A stretch of 64,000 bases of DNA from Hydrolagus colliei (taxonomy: Eukaryota). Under the pieces are notes generated by a model, which saw only the letters and a program-made list of their open reading frames with translations, was not told the DNA's origin and searched no databases. The stretch is taken from NCBI GenBank assembly GCA_035084275.1, contig CM068756.1, positions 1,364,001 through 1,428,000 on the forward strand, read 5' to 3'. Every line of letters starts with the position of its first letter. Within the stretch, counting starts at the first letter, position 1. Below are positions 24,967 to 39,745 of the stretch, piece by piece. Both the position numbers and the translations under genes were made by a program.

Positions 24967-26483
24967 AAGAGAATCGGGCGTTTAAGCACTGTACTTGAAC
25001 ATCTTTGCAAGCGCTGTACGCAAAGGTGCAGGGGCTGAAGCGTTTGAAGGTTTCATGCCTGACTGTGCTCTCTCTCTCTCTCTCTCTCTTCCCCTCCACA
25101 GGGATCAATCTTGTTCTGCCATAAGTCCCTTAAAGCCCTTGGCTTGTGAACACATCCCTCATAGAGATGGGGCAGACTCCACGCTTAAAGCTGCTCCGTG
25201 CCTTCCTTTAAAATGGTCTTTTAACAAGCATCCGATTGAACTCTCAAAGGCCTACTAGTCCTTCTTTTTAAGCACCAGATCAGGTCAAGATGGACATTTC
25301 CAAGCTTAAAAACTGCTGCCCTGTTTTTAACTTATGCTTTATTTAAAGGCACAGTGATCATTGTTTGGTCAGCATTGCGTGGAGAGAGGAGGAGGAGGGG
25401 GGGGGGGGGGGGAGGGGGGAAGAGAGAAGAAAAACCTTCACATCACAAATACAATCCACGTGCAAGGGAATGAAAGGAATAAAATTCTCTTGGCCTTGAA
25501 TGGCCGCTATTTAACTAACATTTGAAAAACCCGGGTGTTAGGCTGGACAAGTTGCCTGCTTGACGGTCAGGTCACAGGTCGCTTTACTGGCCACACAGTA
25601 CATTGAGGAAAGGCAACTGGAGTTAACACTTCGCTATCCAGACGAGCAGAGGGATTGATTTCCAGCACAAGAGAGCGGAGGAGCACTGTTTGACAATGAG
25701 AAGCACTAATGGGCATTCGTTCTGAATTGCCTGGCTGATTGGGAGTCTATCACCTGCTGGATACTAAAAATAGCAATGCCTTTTGTTCGTCTCTCCTTCC
25801 AAGAACTCCCATTCTAAACCAGCAACAAAAAGCTGGTTGGTTGGTTGTCGTGATTGGCACATTATGTACCCCTGTTCTGCTCGGCGAGATGGGGGAAAAG
25901 GTGGGGGGTGGAACACATTCCCTCCTACAATAAATCTAGGCACCGCAAGTGAGCGTGGAGGGTGCGTGTTCATGGAGCGACTGAGGCAGTGTCTCCCTCA
26001 ACTCCCACTCCATCGCCTCCCGTAAGGTAACCAACACCGGAAACGAAAGGGCAGAACACATCCTGGACACCGGGATTGTAAAATATGAGTTTGTGCTACA
26101 AAAATGCTGAGTAACCTCACCTTCCACGTGACATCGAGGATGATTTAGTCTTGCACCTTACATACCCTCAGTGAGCTCTACGCAGTGGATCTCTTTTGCT
26201 TGCCGTTGCTTTAGGATTATATTCACCTGTCCCCAGTGGAGCTGTCCACCTCCCAACCCATCATGTTATTTACAGGCCCATTAACAAATAGCATTACCAG
26301 CATCCTGGTTTGTCTTCTAATTTCCACTGCCCCTCAGAGAACCATCTCCTGTTCCGCACACAGCCAATAACCTACTGCAAAGTTTTTTTTAAAAAAAGCC
26401 TGAGCCTCTCACGACAACTCGCGTTTATACAGCTCCCCTCGCACAGGGTAGCGCTGCAGTACGCTTGAGCATGGAGGAAACGT

Positions 26484-26798
26484 GGAGTCCTCTAGCTCAG
26501 TGGTTAGAGCACTCACCTTGCAAGTGTGAGACCTGTGTTCGAATCCAGGGCGAAACCTTGGGCGAGTTTCCTTACTCCACACACCTAATAATAATCCCTC
26601 CAAAAAAACCAACAATAAAATTGGTCATTTCAATCTACAACTGTTTGTGGGACACCGCTGGCTGCCGGCAGCAACTGGCTGCCGTGTTTTGCCCACAAAT
26701 ATACAGTTAATTGACTTTACAGTGTATTCTATGAAGCGCTTTGAGAGGTCTAGAAGACATGAAAAGCGCTGTATCAAACGCAAGGATTATTATTATTA
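26484..26798 (+). mobile_element. Full-length tRNA-derived SINE (tRNA-Ala-like head, Deu-SINE-like body, L2-type tail, (ATT)n end)
   Basis: A-box TAGCTCAGTGG at 26493-26503, TTGCAA anticodon-like loop, B-box GTTCGAATCC at 26537-26546. The body tgtgggacac..tggctgccg and tail gaagcgctttgag..gcaaggattattatta are shared with many other copies in the window. Confidence 0.9.
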
Positions 26799-29700
26799 GT
26801 ATAACTCTTCGACTGAAGGCCAAGAAGTGAAAAAGTGTTTCTTACAAATCCCACTACCCCACACTTATTAACTGGAGGCATCAACCCATAAGCTCCCATT
26901 GCGTTCACTTGCAAAGTCACGTTCCCCCCCTTGCACTACAAATAAAGTAAGTTAGCCTTAGACCAACAGATACAGAACAGACACAAAGTGCCGTATGGAT
27001 GATGAGCTCAATACGTTTTCCAAAGTTGGGAATCAATGACTTTAAAAGCTACTGTAAATAGAGAACTCTTTCTAAATGCACGTATCGTCAAGATGAAGAA
27101 CAAAAAGGTAGGTACCTTTTAATCCACAGGATGTACACATGCTATTTATACATCTGACTGCAGCACTGTACAGTAACCTGCTACTCCCATAAAATGGAAA
27201 TGTGTGAAACCACTGAAGTGAGTTGTCTGACCTCTTTCAACCATCTGTGTCTGTGAATAAAAGAGTGGAATTCACAAGCCCCCGTCTGTTTACCTGCAAG
27301 TTTAATGACCTCCTCTCTTAAATCAAATCACCCCATTTCTAGGAAAAAAAAGGTACTGTATTCGTTTAAATTCCACCCCCCCCACTACCCACAAAAAAAA
27401 GAATATTTCTTGATGAGAAAACAAGGTGTGAAGGATATTTTCCAGAGCAACAATGAAAACCAGATGACAATCTTTCCACCGCAGGAGAGGAGGAGAGCTT
27501 TATTATAAAAGGATGTAATCTTCAAACACTTTTCGGCTGCTTAGGAACGAAAATGGAGAAAACATGAGCCACAATGGCATCTGATTTATAGACTGTAGGC
27601 ATGCGGAGAGAAAGCAGCCAACAATTAGGCAACATTTTTTTTATTAATACACGCAAGAGCTTTTTTCTCTCTCTCTCTATCTCTCTCTCCTGAAGCCACG
27701 GTAAGTACACAATGCACATCCAGCCTGAAAAATATTTCTTTTTTTTGGGGTGGTGGTGGGTTAGGGGGAGAAAAGAAGGAATGAGGGGGGGGGGGACATT
27801 TAATCGATATTCGGAATTGCTGGAAAGACTAGCCTTGCTGGATGTGGTTTGGAATTGCACAGTGTGGACTTCACACAGAGAATCCGAAACAATTTCCAAT
27901 AAAAGGTTGTCCCGTTTCGCACCCTTTATTAAATAAACCCTGCTTCCCTGTCGCTCGGTGAAAATCTGCAATAAACTCTGACGTACGGTTGTTCTGTCAG
28001 AAGGCTTAAAAAGGGGCTTTACTCAATGAAATAATCTCTCTTTCTCCCCCCCCACACCCTCCCCCCCCCCCCCCCCGCCCCTCCTACCCCCTAACTACAC
28101 ATGCAGGGTTCCGTGTCCTCAACATCTGTGGCTTTTCACGGTTACACTGTTGTTACAAAAATTGGGGAACACATTGAGAGATTAACAGGCAGCTCACATT
28201 CCATGCAGCTGTGTTGCACATGAAGTCTGTGTGGCAAGCCACCAGGGTGAGAGCATCCCTCAGTGTGCTGCCGCGGGGGGGAACAATGAAGAGCAAAGCA
28301 ACGGCGTTGCTTCCAACGCACGCAGCAAAACCTTCATTGTCTTCAAAGAGGAGAGGTGCCGAGTGACTCCACTCTCTTCCCTTCTCTACGGAAGGCCCTG
28401 GCACCTCAACAGCACTCGCCAAGTTCATATATATTATTCACAAGTGGATGTAGCAAACCCCAGGATGCTATTTGACCACTGGCCATTACAATGGGCAACT
28501 CAAGTGAAGCGAAGCTTGACTGAAGGATATTTTTGAAATAGATCTCACACTATTCAAAGCTCGACGTAGATATAACAAGACACAATACAGTCTATTGCAC
28601 ACCAATGGATAAACTGGTAATCCAGCAGTTAGATTCCTACAAATGTGAAATCCCTGTATAAAATTTTACTGAAAGGGTAGCTATTTTTAGAAACCAGAAT
28701 AAAATTGCGCCCTGGTTATACAAATCAACAGAGAGCTTCATATAATGTTCTTTCAAACCCCACAAAATAAATAATTATCATTCTCCACCCCTCTCTCCCT
28801 CACCACCCATTTTCACTCGTATGCTAACGTGTGCACTGAAAATCTTATCCAAGGACACAATTAATCAGAGAGTGTAAAGGCTTTGCAAGCAAAGGCTGAA
28901 TAATCGCCTTCAACAAGGCAATGTCTTCAACAGTTAAAGCCTCATTTATGTGCTAACCACAGAAAACAGCACACTAGAAGTGAAATAAAAAAAGGCCTAC
29001 GAATGACATCAAATGAACTGGCATTAAATAAAACCAGCAGGCTCTCGAACACTTAGACTGCTTTGGAGTTTTTCAACTTCAAAGGGTAATGACGGGTCCT
29101 TTACCTTCGGGCTTCAGATCCGACTAAACTAGCTGTGAACAAATTAGGAGATTATAAAATTAAATCGTAAATGAACGTCAGTCTGAAAAAGTTTTTAAAC
29201 AGTATACATTGTCATAATGTACTGGATTGTATTCAAAGGGATCAGTTTGCTGCTTGATCATTTTAACCCTAAAGCATTTTTTTTTGATAAACCAGAAGGA
29301 TCCTTTTATTTTGTCCTAAGGTACATTAAAAGTTACTGTTGTGGTCGCACCTTTCTAAAACACTTAGCTTCTTGAAACATTTCAGGGGCTCTTCTTCTTC
29401 GGTTCAGTTAAATATTTCAAAGCAACTTTAACCAAGGAAAAATAGGTTTGGTTTTGCAACAATTTTATTTATCTTTGGAAGAATAAATTAGGAGAGGGAG
29501 AGAGGGAAGCCAGAGAAATACACATCAAGGTTACTGTCGTAGCACTCCGGGCTGCAGGTGTGTACACTCAATCCCTGCAGGCACCACGCGTATAAGTTGC
29601 CCTGGCTTTTTAAGTTAAAAATATTTACACCCCCAAAGCCATTTCCAGATAAGCCTTTCCTTTTTTAAAAAAAACAGTAAGTTGGAGATGCGCATAGCAG

Positions 29701-30379
29701 CTGTGGTCCCTCACTGATTGCAATAGGAGTGAAATCGGTCACATTGCATAATTCTGGCGATCATTCGACAAGGGTGAGGAATTTGCAATTCAGGGGAGCC
29801 CAATCACTCTGATATTGGAGTACGGCTAAAGCAAGTGAATCTCCGAGAACCGCAGGTTTGCCTTTTGATGCCGGTCCCTTTCATTCCGTAGGTGTCCTCC
29901 CAATACACTCATGATCCACGCAGCAGGTAGGCAGATTCCCAAACCAAAAGTTTCCAAAAAGCACTCAATGAACAAGTGTTTGGAAATCTCTGCTGCAGCC
30001 GGTACAGATCATGAACTGAGGCACTCTCCCCCCGCCCCACATTAAACCATTAGCCTTGTGCTCCTTGAGCTCATCAATGGCGAGATGCGCAGTTTATCCT
30101 CATGAAATCTGTGACAATCCAAGCCAAGGAATAAACAAAGGATTGTACACCCACCCCCCCCCACCCCCACCACCAACACTAAAACAGTACACAGATAAAC
30201 AGGTAGGGCAGATGTGGGGGAGGGGGAATGTTGTGGAAAAGATGCTAAAATAACAAATCTTCTAAATGCACCCTTAAGCTACCTTTAAAGCAACATATAT
30301 ACATGCCACAGGATAATGTCTAGACATTCACCTGAGGATTTAAGTTGACATGTAATGATACTCGGAGACCACTAAGCTG

Positions 30380-30383
<4 letters not shown>

Positions 30384-30410
<27 letters not shown>
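30384..30410 (+). repeat. (CT)n microsatellite
   Basis: Seen directly in the sequence. Confidence 0.9.
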
Positions 30411-30416
<6 letters not shown>

Positions 30417-31407
30417 CACATCTCAGATTCCAGAGACTAACTAAAGAAAAGGCTGCCGACAATAAGAAACGAGACGGGAAAAATCATTAATTGATGGGAG
30501 GAACTGCATCCGCTCGCTAATTAAGGCAGGTTCTCAACTAAGTTCCGATAATTAGCCCATGACATCATCGACGAGCTTGGCATTGTGAGTGTGAGATGGC
30601 GTTGTCAGCCACAGCAGCTCAGCATCAACTACACTAAAGTAACGTGTCCCCAATTCCCCCCACCCCTCCATCCCTGCCTTACTGCTCCATCATCCCCTTA
30701 ACATCTTGTCAATGGATTGGGACAGACCCCTGGTTACTCTATTTTACTCTCTCCGCAACAGCCCAGCCCCCTCCCTCTCTTCACCCCCCACATGCACACA
30801 TACCCCTTCCCACTGGCCCCAACCCTCACCCCACAGAATGTAATTAACACCTTCACATTGGCCCAAAGCAGCTGTCTATTTAAACTGTTCTTCCTCCTTT
30901 TGACAGAACGCCTACAATTTGGCTCCAGAACAGCAGCTCGCCACGTTTGCTTTTATTTAACGTACAAAAAAAAAGGGGGTCCTTTTTCGAATTAAAACCA
31001 CATTTTTCCCAGGGCCAAAAGGGATGGATGGGGATGTGGGGGCTGCTTTGCAGAACACAAGGTACCCGTGACTCAAACATGTACAATGCTGAGCAATTTT
31101 GTCTGATTGTTATTCAGCCCCGACCGAAACTAACTAAGTTAAAGTATAACAAGAGAGCAGGCAGAATTATTTTGGTATCTATTCTCTCGGTGCGACAAAC
31201 TTAAAAACAAAAGAAAAGACAAACAAGCTATTGTCTTTCACTGCAGATTTACAGATTGTGAGACTTACAGTTAATAACCTTTTCCCATATAACCATGAGA
31301 ATCAACCCTCTCCCCTGCCGAGTGGTCTACATTCTCAAAGCCTAATAAAAAAAACAGTAATAAACTTTTGCAAAGGGGAAGCGGCCTGGATAAGAATAAG
31401 AAAAAAG

Positions 31408-31512
31408 AATCCTTGTATTTGATGTGGCGCCTTATCGCGCTTTCGAGTCGTCTCAACACAAAGTAACAGAATACACCATTAAGTGAATCGATTGTATATT
31501 CTGTGGGCGAAA
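31408..31512 (-). mobile_element. SINE 3' tail fragment
   Basis: aatccttgtatttgatgtggcgccttatcgcg...gtatattctgtgggcgaaacg. Confidence 0.65.
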
Positions 31513-32919
31513 CGGATCCAGGTAAACCTCCTCACCATCATACAACAGACATTGCCCACTTTCAAACTTAGTGCTGGGCAAATGTCTTCAGCAGAGAATT
31601 TTACAGTTTAAAGATGTCAGAGTAGCTCCATCCGAACCGATCAGCAGTGGGATAAGTTGCACATCCACAGACAGAGAAGATACTTGTTATTTAATAGAAT
31701 AATGAATGGCTCCTCCACTGGAGATTTGGTGTGAAGTTTCAAACCTACTGCCTAACTAACCTGACCAACAACAACAACTTCGATTTATATAGCGCCCTCC
31801 GCGCGCGGATGGCGTCTCAGAATGCTTTGAACCAATCCTCTCACACACATTAATAAGAGAAAAAAAAAAGCTTGCATTTCATTCAATTCTGTTTATGCCC
31901 AAAACATTCCATTCAAGAAGTTCTGAGATTTTTTTTTTTACCAACCGCCCTCCCCTCGAAGTAAGTCTCTTGGCGTGTCATTCATCTGTTGTGTCAACTA
32001 CGAGGGATTTATTTATTCTTCAATCTCTTAACTTCACCACCGAAGATAATCAACGTGCCGGAGTCCAGCTGCTAATCAAGTGTCCCTTGTGACAAGTCTT
32101 ACAGTGCAATTCAAACGGCAACTCACAGTGTGTTTATTGGGTGCTTTGCTGTTAATTAATGCTGTGTTATCCCTGTTCTCTAAGTCTGCACAGACCCAAT
32201 TTTGAGTCCATCAACATGTACTATACGCAAACCACTTTGCAGGTGTCCCCAATGATATTCTACGCAATTCTTTTTGGGCGCTTAGGAAAAAAAATTAAAT
32301 CAAGGGAGATAACAAAAGCAGCTCTGAACTGTTGTGACAAGGGTTGCATATATCTCTGGATCTCAGGGTTAAAGCTGTCTGTCAGAAAGAGACATATGTG
32401 AAATGTGGAAATACACTTGGAAATGCAAGGTTAGTTTAGAAATGAACTCAAAGTACGCTGACATCATAGGCACGAACTGGCCACACAGTCAACTCTGCAG
32501 TAAACCTTGTCCTCCATTGTAGAAAGGCTATGAATTATAGGATCATTTATCTGTTTATGCACCTTATGTTGAAATGTCCCAAGGTGCTTTACCCAACGAG
32601 TCACTTTGAAGTGTTCTGAAAGTTAAGTAGAGAGAGAGAGAGAAGGAAATTTTCCCCAAATTTCTTGCCAAAAATCCTCCAGATAAAACAGGTCATTCAC
32701 TTTATGGGTGTTTGGGGTGGGGGACAACAACACATTGCTCTGTGTAAATTGGCTGCCTTGTTGGCCTATGAATGCACGGTTGATACGTTTTAAAATAAAT
32801 TCTGTAAAGGACTTTGAGACATTGACCAACAGCACAATAAAACGCTACATGAAATGCAAGATTTGTTTGGTACAAGAGTGAAAAATAATTTGTGCCAGCA
32901 ATGATCCACAAACAGGAAT

Positions 32920-33290
32920 GATATGAACGACCAATTAATCTGCTTGTTGGTGAATTTTGGTTGAGGGAGGTACAACAAGGAGAAATCCCTGCATTTCATC
33001 AAAAAATAAAGCCATACGGTCTTTAAAATCCACCTAAACCAGCAGAACAAGTTGACAGAGCACAGTTTAATATCTCATCCGAAGGACACAGAAATTCACT
33101 GGACTGGAAAAGTCTATTTTAGTCCATCCGGCTGGTTCCTGCGTTTAAAAAAAGAATTAAACATATAAATAATCCTGCACTAGACAACGTCTCTAGCAGT
33201 GCAGTGCCGGAGTGTCAGCCTAGATTATGATCTCGGGTCAGGTTGAGGGGCTTGAACCCACAACCTTCTGACCCAGAGGTGAGTCCAATA
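32920..33290 (-). mobile_element. Older Deu-SINE (SacSINE1-like) fragment
   Basis: The reverse complement reads tctgggtcagaaggttgtgggttcaagcccc..taatctaggctgacactccggcactgcactg..tcggatgagatattaaac..ggtggattttaaagac, typical of chondrichthyan Deu-SINE 5'/central regions. Recognised from memory, not by database search. Confidence 0.6.
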
Positions 33291-36200
33291 GACAAAACAT
33301 ACATTGCAGTGATATAGTGTGGAGATGATGAGAGATCAATCAAAAGGGGGCCGTTCCTATAACTTCTGTGGTTGCCGTGCAGGATTTGTGGTTTTCAAGT
33401 TTGTCATTTAATTAAACCATTTTTTGTATTACTCATAATATTGCTTACTTTTGTATAGCTCCTTTGACATCAGGAGGATGTCTCCGAAACACTTCATAGG
33501 ATTTGCTGGAACGTGTAGTGATTACAGGAGACGAAGAGAGGTGGGAATATCTCAGTGCGTCTTCCACACTGAAACGAATGGTTAATTGATGCAATTGTAG
33601 CACAGAGAGGTGAAAACAACACACTCGCTCCGTTCAAATTCAAAGGGGTGGGATTTCTCAACCTATGTACCCCAAACTCACCTCGTGGTGTGTGTGTGTG
33701 TGGGGGTGGGGGGGGGGGGGGGTTTGAGGGACAAGGCCAGTGCGAAATACTGAAGCGCGTTGGGAAGAAGTCAAGGTTTTAACAAGTGCATTCATTCCAC
33801 TCCCACACGACAAAGCCTGGAGCACAGTCAAGATGATCATGGCAGGTCCTGGATGCAAAAGACTTGAGCATCAATTGTCCTAATCTGTAACGTGTAGGAA
33901 AGTGGAATGCGGTTCAGATTTACACTGAATTCCGCCCCCAAAGGAACTGGAAGACCACAGTACGGATGGAGCCGTGCTGCTACTCATTCACATTTACTGG
34001 AACCATTATAATGGCTGCCACTGGATAAGAACCTCAGATTCCCAGTGTTGCCGTTGTGGTCCAAAAGGGCAGAATGTTAATGTATTACTCGCAAGAGTGC
34101 AGCCAACAGGCGCTGAGCAGCAGGTACGATAGACACTTGGGTAACCGCATTTATTCCTTTCCACAGGCAAAACCCATCAAAGCTTAATTCTGGCCATCAG
34201 CTTGTCGGGTTAAGCATTTTGAATGGGAACAGCTGTAATGCTGGTATTGATATACTGTACTTAATTCAGCTGAAATTTCCTGATTGTGAAAAATCCCTGA
34301 TCTGAGCCTGTTATTCATTTAATCAATAGGCTCAGTGTAAACCCGGGGCCTCACGCGAGCTTGTCAGGTCACATTCAGCGCTTTGATATAACAAAAAGCA
34401 ATTATTACATTCCTTGTGATGAGCTGTACCTGCCTGTTGCAGACCAGAGTGTTGGCTGCTTGACACCTTTTCACCGTGCCTCAGCCCTTCCGGATAAGGA
34501 TACATGATAGTCCCACCTCAGAACAACCATCTTCTCCTCTTCTGACAGGCAGCCATTCTGAATGGATTCCTCGTGTAGGGCGCATTCCTTCCTGACCCCA
34601 AGAGTTATATTTTCTTTCTTTAACCCACGCTAAACACACTCCCTTCATCATCCCGCTCTTGCTCTGCGCAACCTCTTCGAATCGCGCCTTAAATGCTATA
34701 TGATATAAATTTTCCAAGGTGTCATCTCTACAAATAGGAAGAAAGCCAGAGGACCCTATAACCCTGGGACTCATTAACTCATCATCTCACGGATGGGTTA
34801 TGTGAGGCCAGTAAGTAAATCTGTAATCGTGCATCTAATTCCGCTCACATCATTTACAAGCAGATTCCAGGATGCTTGCTATTACAATTTATACGGTTCC
34901 AATCACAAATAACTGAGCCACATGCAAACTCTCAGTGACCCACTATCAGTGTTGAGACACTCCCATTTCTGTTGGGAGGAATCACTCTTTTGATAAAAAA
35001 AATAGATTGGAAATGGAACATTGGAAATACAACGGGGACGAGAGGAATGGGATGGAAACCAAAACGTTGACCTGTCTTTCTCATTAAAAGCTTGTTTGGG
35101 CCTGTGCATTGCCTGTCGCTTTATGCTTTGGTTTCAACAGTGTTTCCATTCTGGATGGGTGGCATTCGGGAGAGCTACACTGTGGAGTGCTTAGAGCAGC
35201 AGATTAGGTTTTTTCCACGTGAGTGCAGAAACAGCAATATGGGTTTCAGACCAAGTGAATTGCACTTTGCAAGAAATCTCTGAAGAGTTAAACAAAGTAA
35301 TAGAATTATAGCATTTATACCATTTTGCTTCACTGTGCCAAAGAATGTATAAATTAATTAACGGCAAAACTCCTTGATAATGTCTAGCCAGTTCTCGTTT
35401 CCCGAAAAATAACATAGAACTAAAAGGCAACGTTAAAAGGTTAACAATTGTGGGGTTTGGGGAAAAAAAATGCTATTATTTAAACTGGAGAAACCCTACG
35501 TTTTAACAGTTTAAATTGAATTGGTTACATCTATGAATAAACAGAATAAGCCGACTTCAATAACTGCAGACAGCAGGAAAAGGGAGAGGGAGTACATTAG
35601 AGATTTTGTCTGCGATAGGAACTCTGCTCGCACTCTCTCTATAACTGGCATCTGGAGCGGATTTGCTACAACAGACATTGAAGAACTAGATTACATCCAG
35701 TTAACTCAGCTCTAAACTGATTATGCATGTGCCAAACTAATGGATTACATTTGCAAGAGGAAAAATAACATCCAATCAATCTCAATTACCGCAGACCACA
35801 CCAGCCTAGATAAACTTGAAAGTATCCAGCAACTACTCACAACTCCATATGCCCCCACCCCCAACCCCTCCACATGCTGAACAACATATAGGTTCTGGTA
35901 CATTCAGAATAAGGGGGATTGCAACTGATAGAGAAAATACCATCACCGGTTTACCCTCTGGAACAAACAGTGAAAAGGCCCTCTGTGATCTCCACACACA
36001 GTAGTTAGAAACTACACAAAAATAATGGCTTGTCTTAAGTAATTAGTTGTCTTTCTCTTTTCGGGGTTTATTTTGAAACATCATAGGGACACCATACGCC
36101 ATCATGTTACCAACGAGACAGCTTAAAAATCAACACCATCATCCATGGGATGTCTGCTGAATAGAATCTGAATCCGGCTATGTTTGATTTCCACTCCCTT

Positions 36201-37761
36201 CCTTTCCTCTGGGCTGCAGTAAAGCTCCACAAGCCGCCCTCAGTCCCCCCCCCCCACGCAAGAGCCAATCTCTCTATGTGAGCCTGGGCAATGAGCATCA
36301 CCAGATAGCTGACTGGGAGCTGCTCAGTAGTAGATCCCAATGCTGTCCTCTGATATCCACATGTTCTTTTTCATCAGAGATCAGCCAACAGCGACTAGGA
36401 ACTGATGCTCCCTCCCCTCCAAACTCCCACCCATTCCAATACCCCCTCCCCTACCCCCCTGAAACCTGGAAGTCTAACTCATGCTGATCATTAATACAAG
36501 CTAAAATTTCACTCTACGCACATAAAATCCCATTACAAACACATAACCGAAAGTTCACCTAGTGTTAATGATTAGCTTGCTTAAGACACCCGGTGAGGCT
36601 AATTGTGCACTCCCATCCCCACACCCCCATCGTAAACGTGGCTGACCACCGAGCACTTATGCAGATTAAGATCAATCGGATAGGAGCTGGTCCGTTCACC
36701 CAGTGAGCCACCAGAGTGACTGATGGATTTTTAAAGCGTATGTTCACAAATTCCCATCTCAGCTGTAATTCATGGAGTCTCAGCCAGAGACCTTATACTG
36801 GTAGAACGCTTCAGCTCCACAGGAACTCACACAGGGGAGTGACAGGGTCTTGGGAGATACTTCTCCTGCCCACACAATTCTGAGTGCTGGAGTCACAGGG
36901 ATGTCCCACACCGACCCACACTCATTCCTTCTGTAGGACACAGGATGCAGGAGGTGTGGGGCTAGGAGCGCGCACCGAAGCATTGAGGGTAAACGGGAAG
37001 AGGTAAACTTTGGAACAGACCTCTCTCGGCCTGGGGGCCCCGGGATTCACGTGACAAAACGGAGGTTGCGGAATTCTGGAATGAGGCGGCATTCCAAGGT
37101 TTGTTGGTGACTTGTAACTAAAATTAGCCATTAACCAAGGTGAGACGCGCAAATGCGACTGATCAGTGAATAATTTACACCCTCAGGCACGCAGAAGGCG
37201 GGTACATTCAGAGGGATCATTTCTTGCACAGAAGTGTCGTGTCCAGCTCCCTTTCCCAACTCCTTTTACAACTGCAGCACCAATTGACCCATAGACCATT
37301 GAAGCGTCAGATTTTGTAATGGATATATTCTGCATTTCTAGGAAAGATTTGAGTGCGTCCTTGGGCTATAATTGTTGAGAGTGATTGGCTGAATGTAGCG
37401 ACCCGGTGTGAGGTTTTCATAAAGCACAGACCATCACATAGATTCAGTCAAGGCCCATGGAACCAAAGACTGGACTAAATGTATATGTGTGTGTGTGTGT
37501 GCAATCTCATGTGTCCATCGTAGTTAATCTCATCATTGCAACAGGCCATTCACCATTTATCTTAAATGCCAAACTGCAGGCTCCAGACACACACATAACC
37601 ATATAGATTTCAAACTCGTATCCCCACAACATCAAAAGCCAACATTTACTCTTTTTAAAAAAAAAAAACTTGGGTAATTGTCATGTTGCAACCAATTTGA
37701 CTTGAAATATATAAATGAAAGAGAAATGCAGCAGGGTCACTTTGGAGGTAGATTAGGGCAA

Positions 37762-37830
37762 CAAACAGCAACGACAAAATTGCATTCAAAGAGCACCTTT
37801 CCCGTCGGGAGTACGTTCCAAGGCACTGGG
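37762..37830 (-). mobile_element. L2 tail fragment
   Basis: caacgacaaaattgcattcaaagagcacctttcccgtcgggagtacgttccaaggcactg. Confidence 0.65.
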
Positions 37831-39745
37831 TACTTTGGGCACCATCCCTTGTAAACCGATTGGTAAAATCATGATAAAGGGATATGTTGCAATGTGAATG
37901 GATTGAGGATATTATGGGACCTTTTTTTTTAAAACTTGGGTGGAGATTAGCTTTTTGGACAATTCTGTTCATTATTAGGTTTATCAATGATCAATTGCAC
38001 CACCCTTGAAAAACACGACATCTCAGTCACGGGTGGAGCTGGATGGGAGCGTGCTCCACCGCACCCTTGATGTGAGAGATAGTTTCCTGAGGAGCAGGGC
38101 TGACAGGCGGGTGACATTTCAAGTCACACGACAGGCCTTTGCTGAGATGGTCTGGCAAAGTGATATGCTCGGATCCTGCAGAGAACCCGCTCCCAAACGC
38201 AGGCTCTTCCGTGATCCTATCTCTCTTTTTAAAAAAAAAATGGAACAGCTTTACTGGCTGCTCTCTAAAAAAAAATTGTCCCAAAGCTACTGCCAAGTTG
38301 GGTTAACTACAAGTCTGTGCCTGACATTGAGTGGAAGGTAAGTGGAATAAGGCTGGTAGATTTATGGCCATTTGTACCTGATTGTTCATACTAAAGCCAT
38401 TATGGAATGATTAGAGAAAAAGGTGAAGCTTTAAGTCCAGTGAAAATCAATACAACTGTCTACAGCAATTCAGCTGCCTGCGTCGAGTACCATTAACTGG
38501 ATCTTTATCCCGTCTTAGGTTACAGGGAGCTGAGTCCAGACTTGCTGCGTACCTACCTGAACACTGCTCTGAAGTCAGATGTTGAGTGATTTTTGTCCCT
38601 TTCATAAAATGACGTGTGAATTTTTCTTTTCCAGATTGGAAACTATGCTCAATATCATTAGATTTGTGTGAAATCTACTGACTGCAAATCGTTAATGTGC
38701 CTGCGTCACCTCCAATACTCTGGCAATGCACTGAGTGACTCCAGTTGGGCTTTTGCTGTTCAATGGCATCACAATATTGATATGATACGTTACTGATACC
38801 ACAGGCAAACTGAAAGTCACACTATTTCTCCTCAATTAGGATATTCAATACATTCTTCGACCAGGAATATATATTTGCTGAAGTGGGTCAATCTGCTGTA
38901 ATTCCTTTGCGCTGTGATACAAATACATTCAATGTTAAGCACCAAAACGCTTACATTTGAAGGGGTTAAACTCACCGAGAATTAGGATTTCTCTGTACCT
39001 CGCAGCTGATGAATAATTCCCCTTTAAGCAGCAAATTACCGTTAATGAGAGCGGGAAAAGTAGAGGGAGGGGCACTCAGCTTCTCAGAAGCTGCTTCAGC
39101 AAAGCCTGCTCTCTCACATATAACGCATCCCCATTTCTATCCGATCAAGCTTGATGCAGTTAAAAGAAAAAAACACGGCACGTAGGTACAGCATGGAAGA
39201 AACAGCCTGAAAGTTGAAGTGTGCCCCTTTTAAGAAGATCTTAACTTGACCCCGAGTTTCTTTTATAGACGCTGATCATAATAAACCCCATGCCTGTTTA
39301 ACAGTCTCCCATCAGACTTAGAATCAATCCCTCCCACAACCCACCTTTTCATCAATCGCAATCTAAATTGACAGGCTATAAAAACACGGGTAACGGGATC
39401 ACGTATGTCAGATTTTACGGCGAGTGTCACGAGAGCAGCTAAGTTATACAACGAGGAGAAAGAAATCTGAAATATCAGAAGAATTTTAAGCTCCAGTGCT
39501 TATAGGCCAAGTCAACAGCCCTCGCTTTCCTTTGTTAATTAGTGTGTGTGTAAAAAAAAATCCTGCTGTTTTCTGGTTACTGTGAGATTGTCCAGGACCG
39601 CTGCAGCATTTCCATTCCGCAAAGCAATGTCACCATCCCCTCTCTCTACTTCTTCAAATATATTTTATCAGCCATGTCAACTCTGCTCCAAAGTGTCACA
39701 AGGATATCTTCCTATTGCTTGCCGTTAGTCCTCCGTAGACATTTG

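Noticed and set aside
26484-26552. Possible tRNA-Ala gene
   Set aside because: There is no proper acceptor stem, and the sequence continues directly into the SINE body and tail, so it is a SINE head.
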